Of a DNA stretch of 32,968 bases, positions 1 to 7,540 are shown one piece after another. The notes under the pieces are model-generated. The model saw only the letters and a program-made list of their open reading frames with translations. It did no database searches and had not been told where the DNA came from. The position numbers and the translations under genes are program-made. The stretch is from a plasmid: sequence record NZ_CP081909.1; one strand, 5' to 3'. Each line of letters starts with the position of its first letter. Position 1 is the stretch's first letter.

Positions 1-104
1 AACAGCTTAGGAGTGTTTGACAAGCAGTTTAGGGACTGTTTTCGCTGTGTCTTTTCCATTGCTATAAGGATTTCGCTTGTGCCCTACACCAAGCCAATAA
101 ACAT

Positions 105-305
105 AAAAAAAGCGGAAGGGCATTCGCCTATCCGCAAGCGAGGGAGTCCAAGCCCTATACACACAAACAGGAGATACCCCCCGCATATCACGGGGAGCAT
201 TTATCTGTTTCTCTGTGTATAATGCAATTTTTGGACTTTTCGCTTGCACAGAAATTAGCTAAACGCTTTTTTTCTCAAAATGTAAAAACACGGTCGGTTT
301 ACGAC
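105..305 (-). ncRNA. Candidate small RNA of about 200 nt transcribed leftwards from the B promoter module
   Basis: Minus-strand TATCTTTG (plus-strand 310-317) matches the Bacteroides -7 consensus TAnnTTTG exactly. A hairpin lies at 179-195. A minus-strand intrinsic terminator has a GC stem at 112-135 followed by a U7 tail at 105-111. Confidence 0.3.
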
Positions 306-345
306 CGCACAAAGATAACAAATTGTTGGCTAAAAGGGTTTACGA
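297..345 (-). promoter_or_regulatory. Promoter module B, left copy, containing a consensus Bacteroides -7 element
   Basis: About 50-nt block ACGACCGCAcAAAGATAACAAaTTGTTGGCTAAAAGGGTTTA, repeated at 31636-31690 in the same orientation relative to a downstream minus-strand transcript. Confidence 0.45.
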
Positions 346-461
346 ATCTTTTATTTTTTTGCCCTATTATCTTAAATTCAGTGTTTATGAAATACCAAGT
401 TCTTTTTGAACATCCTTGTTTGCAGATGAAAAGATACTTTTGCAGTACCTTAATGTTGTCC

Positions 462-566
462 GCATGGTGGGAGAACCGTACCGATCAGCCGGGTGCGCAA
501 TATCATTTTATAATAACCGATAGGTTGTTTTTATGGTGTAACGCCCCGATATCGCTTTCTTTTTTT
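462..566 (+). repeat. Non-coding element A, left copy (about 105 nt, ends in a T-run)
   Basis: About 85% identical to 30451-30554. Both copies are in direct orientation upstream of plus-strand genes. Preceded by TACTTTTG at 435-442, a perfect Bacteroides -7 match. Confidence 0.5.
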
Positions 567-693
567 GTATCTTTATGTAGAAAATATTGCGTATTAACTG
601 TTAATTTCGAAAAATGATGTATCTTTGCAGCTTTCAAAATTGTAAGTATAGAATTTATAATTAAAATATTAGGTTTCAAAAGTATAAAGGTTT

Positions 694-2103
694 TTGGTTA
701 GTTGCTCTTTCTGGGGTAGCAGATATTTTATAGTAAGTTATATGCAAAAAAAACAGAAAAAAGTTGGAAATATTGATTTTTTTTATAAACACACACACAC
801 ACACACGAGTGTGTGTAGAAACCTATATTTAAGACTTTTCAAGGTAATTCTCCTTTCTTTTTTATCGTGTTCCGTTCTTTTCGTTTCCGCTCAAGAGACA
901 CGGGATTCCGTGAAAATATATTTCCACAAGGGTAGAACGGAAATAGATCTCTCTTTACGGGATAACAGGCGGTCGTTAGAGAAGATCAGCCGCCGGATAT
1001 TGGAATACAGGCCGGACACGGCTTTCTCTATCTGCAAGATTATGGTGGTCGGTGCGGCGTCCCCCGAGGGGAGCATCGAACTGAACAGGCGTTTGTCTGA
1101 ACTAAGGGCGAAACGTTTGTTCGATCACGTGTGCGGTTACTCGCCGCTACCCGACACGCTGAAAACGTCGGTATTCGTGGGGCGTGACTGGAGGGGATTG
1201 CTGCGTTTGGTGGAGAATGATCCCGGAATGCCCGGTAAATCGGAAACGGTGGAGCTTCTGCAAGGTATTGTTTCCGAGGTGGAAGCAAGTGGAAACGGGG
1301 AGAACAAGATAAATGAATTGAAACGCTTGCGGTACGGCATCCCATATCGGTACATGTATCGGAATTTGTTTCCGGATCTTCGTGCATCTTGTTTGTATAT
1401 TTGGTATGAATCGAAACGGAAGTCGTTCCCTGCCATGCAGGTTATCTCCCACCTGCATGATACATTGTACTTACCTTGTAAGCTTTCTCCGTTCGGTGGA
1501 GAAACGGGCGGTTTCCAGTCTGGGGAAAAACATGGGCCTTTTTACATGGCCGTGAAAACGAACATGCTTTATGATGCGTTGCTTGTGCCGAATATAGGGG
1601 TGGAGTTTTACGTCGGAAAGAACTGGTCCTTGGCCGGGAATTGGATGTATGCCTGGTGGAAAAGCGACCGGCACCATAACTACTGGCGGCTCTATGGCGG
1701 GGATCTGGAAGTGCGCCGCTGGTTTGGCAGGAAAGCGTCGGAAAAACCGCTTGCAGGGCATCACATCGGTCTCTACGGTCGGATATTCACCTACGACTTC
1801 GAGACCGGGGGGACGGGCTACATGGGCGGCAAGCCTGGCGGTACGCTTTGGGATAAGATGAACTATTCGGTAGGTCTGGAGTATGGTTATTCGCTGCCCG
1901 TCGCCCGTCGTCTGAATCTGGATTTCGTCATCGGTGTGGGCTATTGGGGTGGAGAATACCATAAATATGCCCCTATCGACGGCCATTATGTCTGGAAGGA
2001 GACCCGACGGCGCCACTGGTTTGGTCTCACGGAGGCGGAGATTTCGCTCGTATGGCTCTTGGGCCGTGGCAACTACAACGAGAAGAAAGGAGGCAGGCAG
2101 TGA
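694..2103 (+). CDS. Fimbrial-locus outer-membrane protein (DUF3868-like N-terminal half plus DUF3575-like beta-barrel C-terminal half). Start is uncertain: TTG at 694, ATG at 742, or downstream.
   Basis: Hydrophobic signal-like segment LRLFKVILLSFLSCSVLFVSAQ. OmpA-like stretch VVGAASPEGSIELNRRLSELRAKRL. C-terminal aromatic- and glycine-rich beta-strand pattern (YGYSLPVARRLNLDFVIGVGYWGG). First gene of a three-gene fimbrial-type operon. Confidence 0.5.
   Translation: MVSCSFWGSRYFIVSYMQKKQKKVGNIDFFYKHTHTHTSVCRNLYLRLFKVILLSFLSCSVLFVSAQETRDSVKIYFHKGRTEIDLSLRDNRRSLEKISRRILEYRPDTAFSICKIMVVGAASPEGSIELNRRLSELRAKRLFDHVCGYSPLPDTLKTSVFVGRDWRGLLRLVENDPGMPGKSETVELLQGIVSEVEASGNGENKINELKRLRYGIPYRYMYRNLFPDLRASCLYIWYESKRKSFPAMQVISHLHDTLYLPCKLSPFGGETGGFQSGEKHGPFYMAVKTNMLYDALLVPNIGVEFYVGKNWSLAGNWMYAWWKSDRHHNYWRLYGGDLEVRRWFGRKASEKPLAGHHIGLYGRIFTYDFETGGTGYMGGKPGGTLWDKMNYSVGLEYGYSLPVARRLNLDFVIGVGYWGGEYHKYAPIDGHYVWKETRRRHWFGLTEAEISLVWLLGRGNYNEKKGGRQ
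789..816 (+). repeat. (AC)8-9 dinucleotide microsatellite followed by GAG and a (TG)3-4 tract, forming a potential hairpin
   Basis: Read directly from the sequence. Lies inside the predicted 5' end or leader of the first fimbrial-operon gene (encodes HTHTHT in the ORF-track frame). Confidence 0.7.
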
Positions 2104-3020
2104 TACGGATACGCTTTTGTCTGGTGTTCATATTTTTATGGATGGGACTGACGGCTTGTGAGCATAAGGATTTATGTTACGATCATCCGCACTTTGCCAC
2201 GGTGCGGGTAATATTCGACTGGACCAAGATTTCCAATCATGACAAGCCTGAAGGCATGAGGGTCGTATTTTATCCGACCGATGATGAAAGCAACACGTGG
2301 ATATTTGATTTCCCCGGAGGAGAGGGGGGGGAAGTGGAGCTCCCCGAGAATGATTACCGGGTAATTTGCTTCAACTACGATACCGACGGGATGGTTTGGA
2401 AAGGAAACGGCAGTTACACGCTTTTTACTGCCGATACGCGTGATGTTCAGTCGCCGGATAACCGGACAATGGCTGTCACCCCACCCTGGCTGTGTGGCGA
2501 CCATATAGACGGAGTTATCCTCAAGGACATTCCGGGAGGAAGCGCGAAGATAGTACGGCTAACTCCCGTAAACATGGTATGTCACTACACGTATGAGGTG
2601 AACGGTCTTCGGGGACTGGATAGGGTGGCGGATTTGCGGGCCGCTCTTTCCGGCATGTCCGGCTCGCTTAACATGTCCGGCGACAGTTTGCCCGCCGGTC
2701 TTTCGGAGAGCCTGCTCTTTGATGGAATGGTTTCACGGAATCAGATTATAGGCGGATTCTATACGTTTGGACATTCCGCACTTGAAGGAGAGCCCAATGT
2801 TTTCCGGCTGTATCTCAAGAACCGTTCCGGCAGCATGTCTGTATTGGAACAGGACGTGAGCGACCAAGTGCATGATGTCCCGGTAGCGGGGCATATCGGT
2901 GATGTGCATCTGGTGTTGAATTTTGATTATGAGGTACCATCCGAGCCGGGAAATGGCGGTCCGGGATTTGATGTGGACGTTGATGATTGGGATGATGTGA
3001 ATGTGGATATAGTGTTGTAA
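2100..3020 (+). CDS. FimB/Mfa2-family-like fimbrial anchor or assembly lipoprotein. Likely GTG start at 2100 overlapping the upstream stop; the ORF track gives ATG 2052 in the same frame.
   Basis: Lipoprotein signal with lipobox (FIFLWMGLTAC). About 300 aa. Lies between the DUF3575-like gene and the fimbrillin-like gene, the canonical type-V pilus order. Ends with an acidic DVDVDDWDDVNVD tail. Confidence 0.45.
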   Translation: MIRIRFCLVFIFLWMGLTACEHKDLCYDHPHFATVRVIFDWTKISNHDKPEGMRVVFYPTDDESNTWIFDFPGGEGGEVELPENDYRVICFNYDTDGMVWKGNGSYTLFTADTRDVQSPDNRTMAVTPPWLCGDHIDGVILKDIPGGSAKIVRLTPVNMVCHYTYEVNGLRGLDRVADLRAALSGMSGSLNMSGDSLPAGLSESLLFDGMVSRNQIIGGFYTFGHSALEGEPNVFRLYLKNRSGSMSVLEQDVSDQVHDVPVAGHIGDVHLVLNFDYEVPSEPGNGGPGFDVDVDDWDDVNVDIVL

Positions 3021-3128
3021 ACGGATATTTGAGTTTTCAGTGCGGATTGGATGCCGGGTAAACGCTATGTCAACTATTAAGTAATCGAGTTTATTAATTA
3101 TATGTATCAATTTGATTTGTTTTTATTT

Positions 3129-4247
3129 ATGAAAAAAAGTACAGTAATGCTTTGGGCAATCTTTGGAGCGCTACTCATGGGTTGCTCAGACGAGGAGATT
3201 GCGAATGTGGAAACCTCCTCGCGGAATGCGATTGGTTTTAACGTGTTAAGTAATGCGGCGGAAACGAGGGCTACCCCTACTACCCCCTCCAACTTGACGA
3301 GCACCGATTTCGACGTGTTCGCTTTTACGGCGGATGGTACTGCCTTCATGGGAAAGGTCGACACGGATTTTGAACATGACGGAGTGAAGATCGTGTACAA
3401 AGATGGTAAGTGGGATTATGACGATGCGAACGACCTTCGTTATTGGCCTTCCGAGGCTTTGGACTTTTACGCGTTCAATCCCGGAACGGTTAGTGACGAC
3501 ATGTTGACGTTTTATATGTGGGAAGCCTCCGGGACTGTCCAAAAGATAAGTTATACCTGCATTGATGAGTATGGAGCCGGTACTCATGCAAACTACGACG
3601 TGATGTATGCCATAGCCAAAGGCCAGACAAAAGCCACAAACAACGGAGTAGTGAAATTTAACTTCAAACATATTCTGTCTCAGGTCGTATTCAAAGCAAA
3701 GACCCAATACGATAACATGCAGGTGGACATCAAGGAGATCAAGATTCATAATATCAAATTTGCCGGCGTCTTCACATTGCCTGCGACAGCCGATGGAACG
3801 GGAAGTTGGAGTTCGCCTGATTTAGCATTTCCACACGCATTTACCGTAGTGAAAAACGCAAACATCACGGTCAATAGCAATACCGCAGCTACCGATATTT
3901 CCACAAATACTCCTATGCTGAATATACCACAGACGCTGACTGCTTGGACTGTTTCCGCACCCAACAAAAGCAAGTTGGAGGCCGATAATGCGAAGCAATG
4001 TTATCTGGAGATCACCTGCAAAATCCGGCAGTCTGGAGTTTATCTGTTGGGTTCAGCAAGTGAATACAAAACAATTTATGTTCCGTTCGGAGATACATGG
4101 GGAGCGGGCAAGCGTCATATCTACACGTTGATTTTCGGTGGTGGTTATACTGATCAGGGAGAGGCTGTGTTGAATCCGATCCAGTTTGATGCAGAGACAA
4201 CAGACTGGGTTGAAGCAGCAAATAGCGACGTAAACGTTAAACCTTAA
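3129..4247 (+). CDS. Fimbrillin-family lipoprotein (FimA/Mfa1-like structural subunit)
   Basis: N-terminal lipoprotein signal MKKSTVMLWAIFGALLMGCSDE. About 370 aa, Thr/Asn-rich. Terminal gene of the fimbrial operon. Start chosen at the internal Met that gives a canonical signal peptide. Confidence 0.5.
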   Translation: MKKSTVMLWAIFGALLMGCSDEEIANVETSSRNAIGFNVLSNAAETRATPTTPSNLTSTDFDVFAFTADGTAFMGKVDTDFEHDGVKIVYKDGKWDYDDANDLRYWPSEALDFYAFNPGTVSDDMLTFYMWEASGTVQKISYTCIDEYGAGTHANYDVMYAIAKGQTKATNNGVVKFNFKHILSQVVFKAKTQYDNMQVDIKEIKIHNIKFAGVFTLPATADGTGSWSSPDLAFPHAFTVVKNANITVNSNTAATDISTNTPMLNIPQTLTAWTVSAPNKSKLEADNAKQCYLEITCKIRQSGVYLLGSASEYKTIYVPFGDTWGAGKRHIYTLIFGGGYTDQGEAVLNPIQFDAETTDWVEAANSDVNVKP

Positions 4248-4269
4248 ACCAAACGTTTATTAATATCGT

Positions 4270-4330
4270 ACCCGTTGGCAGGTTAAACATACGCAAGATT
4301 AATCCCGCCAACGGGTTCTTTATTGCTTTT
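4270..4330. terminator. Hairpin (CCCGTTGGC / GCCAACGGG) plus T-rich tail between the convergent fimbrial operon and the partition operon
   Basis: 9-bp GC-rich stem with a long loop, followed by TCTTTATTGCTTTTA. Placed between convergent transcription units. Confidence 0.35.
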
Positions 4331-4427
4331 ATCATCTATAATTTATGTGTAGGGTTGCTTTTTGCGTACCTTTTTCCGGGAGAATTTCTTTTGTGGCGTG
4401 TTTGCCCTGTATATTCCCGATACGCTG

Positions 4428-4685
4428 TTATAGCAGGGAACTGTTTTTATCCAAGTAGTCAGATATAGCCTCTTGCAATACCGATTTTAGCGAATTGCCT
4501 TTGCGGATCGCGATCAGCTTTAAGTTCTGGTGATAGGTTTCGTCCATGACAAAATTACAATGCACGGTTTTCACCTTCTTCGGCTTTTGAGCCTCTTTTT
4601 GCCCGGCCGTGGATTGGATCAGGCTGTCTAAGCCCCCGGTCAGCCCGGCCGACATACTGTTTTTTAAATCGTTCTTCTTTGCCAT
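4428..4685 (-). CDS. Small DNA-binding partner of ParA (putative centromere-binding or ParB-like adaptor)
   Basis: 85-aa basic protein immediately downstream of parA (5-nt gap) on the same strand, the classic two-gene partition operon arrangement. Confidence 0.4.
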   Translation of the reverse strand: MAKKNDLKNSMSAGLTGGLDSLIQSTAGQKEAQKPKKVKTVHCNFVMDETYHQNLKLIAIRKGNSLKSVLQEAISDYLDKNSSLL

Positions 4686-4689
4686 ATGG

Positions 4690-5448
4690 TTACTTTATTT
4701 CTGTTAGCAGTTCGTTACATACACCCTCGTAGTCCTCTGCCCCGGCAGATTTTGGGGCATAGTGAAAAATATCCTGCCCTTGTGTCGGGGCTTCGGCCAG
4801 CGCAATGGAGTTGCGTATATGGGTGCTGAACACTTTGCCCTGGAATGTTTCCTGTACCAGTTCCGAAACGCTCTTGTTCAGGTTCTTTCTTCCGTCGTAC
4901 TGGGTTATCAGGACCCCGGCGATCGAAAGATCCGAGTTCAAACGTTGCTGCACCTTGTGGACTACCTGCATAAGTTTGGCCATTCCACGCATTGCCAGGA
5001 ATTGAGCCTGAACCGGGATAATCAACCGATCCGAGGCCGTCAGTGCGTTAAGCGTGAGCAGCGACAGCGAGGGAGGACAGTCGATCAGGATATAATCGAA
5101 TTTCTCCTTTTGGCCTTTGATAAGGTGGGCTAAGATAAGCTCCCGTCCGGCCTCGTTGATTAACTCCGTTTCAACGGCCGAGAGATCCAGGCAGGAGGGA
5201 ACGACGCTAAGGCCGTCCTTATGCTCGTAGATCGGCAGGTCGTATTCGCCTTTCATCGCACCGTAGATCGTTTGGGGAAGCTCCGCAGAGAAGCCCAGCG
5301 ATTCGGTCAGGTTGGCCTGCCCGTCAAGGTCGATCAAAAGAACCTTGTACCCTTTTTGATGTAACGCACCGCCCAGGTTGATCGTGGTAGTGGTCTTTCC
5401 TACTCCCCCCTTGTGATTCAATACGGAGATTACTTTTGCTTTGCTCAT
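4690..5448 (-). CDS. parA: ParA/Soj-family partition ATPase
   Basis: Deviant Walker A motif KGGVGKTTT near the N-terminus. About 250 aa. Followed by the small partner gene. Confidence 0.9.
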   Translation of the reverse strand: MSKAKVISVLNHKGGVGKTTTTINLGGALHQKGYKVLLIDLDGQANLTESLGFSAELPQTIYGAMKGEYDLPIYEHKDGLSVVPSCLDLSAVETELINEAGRELILAHLIKGQKEKFDYILIDCPPSLSLLTLNALTASDRLIIPVQAQFLAMRGMAKLMQVVHKVQQRLNSDLSIAGVLITQYDGRKNLNKSVSELVQETFQGKVFSTHIRNSIALAEAPTQGQDIFHYAPKSAGAEDYEGVCNELLTEIK

Positions 5449-5492
5449 AAATTCAGTTTTTTAAATGATTGTCATGTCCGCAAATATAGTCA

Positions 5493-5530
5493 AAATACTA
5501 ATATACTAAAATACTAAAAGTAGTATTTTT
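5493..5530. promoter_or_regulatory. TAGTA/TACTA motif cluster (AATACTAATATACTAAAATACTAAAAGTAGTATTTTT) in the divergent parA / 5673 promoter region
   Basis: Member of a motif family recurring at about 9627-9664, 10296-10340, 12683-12730, 13262-13300, 13383-13400, 14215-14262 and 15527-15640. Confidence 0.45.
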
Positions 5531-5565
5531 CGCTTTTTGCGTGTTTTTTGTGCCGATCGGGGAAG

Positions 5566-5610
5566 CGTACCGAAATAAATCCGGTTTCCACCTTTCGGTA
5601 CGTTTTGTTT
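5566..5610 (+). terminator. Intrinsic terminator or attenuator hairpin in the leader upstream of the 5673 gene
   Basis: CGTACCGAAA...TTTCGGTACG, a 10-bp perfect stem, followed by TTTTGTTT. Lies between the TAGTA motif cluster and the 5673 start. Confidence 0.45.
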
Positions 5611-5672
5611 CTGTGCCGGAATTAATCAAAGAATTATTTCATTATCTTTGTGACTGAACAAGCTAATAAGAA

Positions 5673-5960
5673 ATGAACAACAAAGAAAAATCATACTATG
5701 CCAATATTACCAAGCATTTGAACAGTGTTTATAAAAGTGTTGAACTTGATATAGATAGCATATGTTCCATTTTGGAACATGTGGGTAATGACGGCAAACA
5801 AAGATATACTACTAATTATGCTATTCTGCCAATAGAATATTGGATTAAAGGTAAGAACGCAGCTTTTTCGGTAAAAAAGGCGAATGGCGTATCAGAACTT
5901 GAAAATCATTTTGCTACATTTGTTAACGCTAAGAGGATAAAAAGAAAAACCCGTTCTTGA
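5673..5960 (+). CDS. Hypothetical small protein, AT-rich, first gene of the accessory cassette
   Basis: 95-aa ORF with a basic C-terminus. Sits in a markedly AT-rich segment together with the downstream Abi-like gene. No recognisable motif. Confidence 0.3.
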   Translation: MNNKEKSYYANITKHLNSVYKSVELDIDSICSILEHVGNDGKQRYTTNYAILPIEYWIKGKNAAFSVKKANGVSELENHFATFVNAKRIKRKTRS

Positions 5961-6059
5961 TGAACGGGTATATCCTTAACTTGGTTACGTGTTTTGATAA
6001 CAGAGGCTTTACCAAGCATTACAATGCAAAGATAGTAATCTTATTCCAAATACCAAAAA

Positions 6060-6776
6060 ATGAAATATAAAAAAATAGTTAGGTTATATTCAAATTCACG
6101 TGTGGCTAAGTATTATCGGGCTACAAGTGGAGATAAAAATAAGGCGGTAATGCTTTATTTTGCCAATATGAAGATAGCGCAGGCTTTTCATCCGCTACTT
6201 TCTTCCTTTGAAGTTATCTTGCGGAATCAGTTACATTATGCCCTGGCGCATCATTTTTCGGACGGGAACTGGATCATAAATCAGAAAAACGGGTTTATGG
6301 TAGCTTCTTCCTTGACGCACACGAATAAGCGTACAAAGAAGCAAGTAACCAATAGATACTTGCTGACGGAAGTGCAAAAAGCTGAAAAGAAAATTTCCGA
6401 TCGTGGCGCGAGGATTACAGCAGGGAGGGTTATAGCGGAACAGACCTTGGGCTTCTGGAACAGTTTTTATGAGGTTCATCATTATATACTATTATCCGGT
6501 GTCCCTTGTACCATATTTAAGAAACTGCCTTCCGGATATGGACGGAAACAAGTCAATGATGTTATCACACAAGTTCGTGAATTGAGGAATCGCATTAATC
6601 ATAATGAGCCTATTTGCTTTGTAAATAAAAAATGTGATTTTTCTTATGTAAGGGAAATGTATAGGTTAATTAGCAAATTTCTTTCTTGGATAGATCCGGA
6701 AATAATGCCGTCCTTGAAAGAGGTGGATAAGGTGATTAAAACAATAGATAAGGAAGAGCAAAAGCAAAAGGGATGA
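6060..6776 (+). CDS. Abi_2-family (AbiD/AbiF-like) abortive-infection-type protein
   Basis: Signature-like motifs EVILRNQLHYALAHHF and VRELRNRINHNEPI, matching the conserved RN..AH. elements of the Abi_2 family. About 240 aa and AT-rich, as is typical. Confidence 0.6.
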   Translation: MKYKKIVRLYSNSRVAKYYRATSGDKNKAVMLYFANMKIAQAFHPLLSSFEVILRNQLHYALAHHFSDGNWIINQKNGFMVASSLTHTNKRTKKQVTNRYLLTEVQKAEKKISDRGARITAGRVIAEQTLGFWNSFYEVHHYILLSGVPCTIFKKLPSGYGRKQVNDVITQVRELRNRINHNEPICFVNKKCDFSYVREMYRLISKFLSWIDPEIMPSLKEVDKVIKTIDKEEQKQKG

Positions 6777-7411
6777 ATGTGGTTATCTATTCACGTGTAA
6801 GCTCGCAGTCGGCCAGGCAATCGACCGAACGGCAGGTTGTCGATCTGGAGAGGTTCGCAGCCGGACGGGGGTACGAGGTGACGGCGGTCTTTGAGGAAAA
6901 GATAAGCGGACGAAAGGCCAATATCGAACGCCCGGTTTTAAGCCGTTGCCTGGAATACTGCACAGATCCGCAGAACCGGGTGGATATGTTGTTGTTGACC
7001 GAGATCTCACGCCTGGGGCGTTCCACCCTGGAGATCCTAAAGGCACTCGATACGCTGCACACGCATAAAATATGCGTGTATATCCAAAACCTGAACCTGG
7101 AAACATTACGGTCGGACAAGACGGTAAACCCCTTGTCCTCTCTGATTACTACCCTATTGGGGGAACTGGCCGCAATCGAACGCCAGGGGATCATCGACCG
7201 CCTTAATAGCGGACGGGAGTTGTACATCCAGAAAGGGGGCAGGCTGGGACGGAAGCCGGGAAGCCGGAAAACGGCCGAGCAGAGGAAAGAGGAATACCGG
7301 GAGGCGATCGCCTTGTTAAAGAAAGGCTACTCGATCCGGAACGTGGCGAAGCTCACGGGAAAAGCCGTTTCGACGATACAACAAGTAAAAAAAGACTTCA
7401 TTAATAGCTGA
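6773..7411 (+). CDS. Small serine recombinase (resolvase/invertase family) with a C-terminal HTH
   Basis: N-terminal VVIYSRVSSQSARQ catalytic-serine motif. C-terminal HTH GYSIRNVAKLTGKAVSTI. Start ATG overlaps the Abi stop (ATGA). Confidence 0.8.
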   Translation: MNVVIYSRVSSQSARQSTERQVVDLERFAAGRGYEVTAVFEEKISGRKANIERPVLSRCLEYCTDPQNRVDMLLLTEISRLGRSTLEILKALDTLHTHKICVYIQNLNLETLRSDKTVNPLSSLITTLLGELAAIERQGIIDRLNSGRELYIQKGGRLGRKPGSRKTAEQRKEEYREAIALLKKGYSIRNVAKLTGKAVSTIQQVKKDFINS

Positions 7412-7441
7412 TTATCGGAACAAATATTGTATTTTTGCAAC

Positions 7442-7507
7442 AAATACGAGTAAATGCGCGAAATTAAAAACGAGTATTTGCACATGTCTAAAAACGAGTA
7501 TTTGCAC
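7442..7507 (+). promoter_or_regulatory. Three 24-bp-phased direct repeats (AAAtACGAGTAaaTGCgC / AAAAACGAGTATTTGCAC twice) upstream of fic
   Basis: Units at 7442-7459, 7466-7483 and 7490-7507, between the recombinase stop and the probable fic start. Confidence 0.45.
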
Positions 7508-7540
7508 GAAAATAATCAGAATCTAAATAAAAACGGTAGT

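Noticed and set aside
7-617. ORFs 7-249 (-), 13-222 (+) and 222-617 (+)
   Set aside because: They overlap the B promoter, a hairpin plus U-tract terminator and element A. Two use GTG starts and they overlap each other on opposite strands. The translated sequences have no recognisable features. A non-coding explanation fits better.
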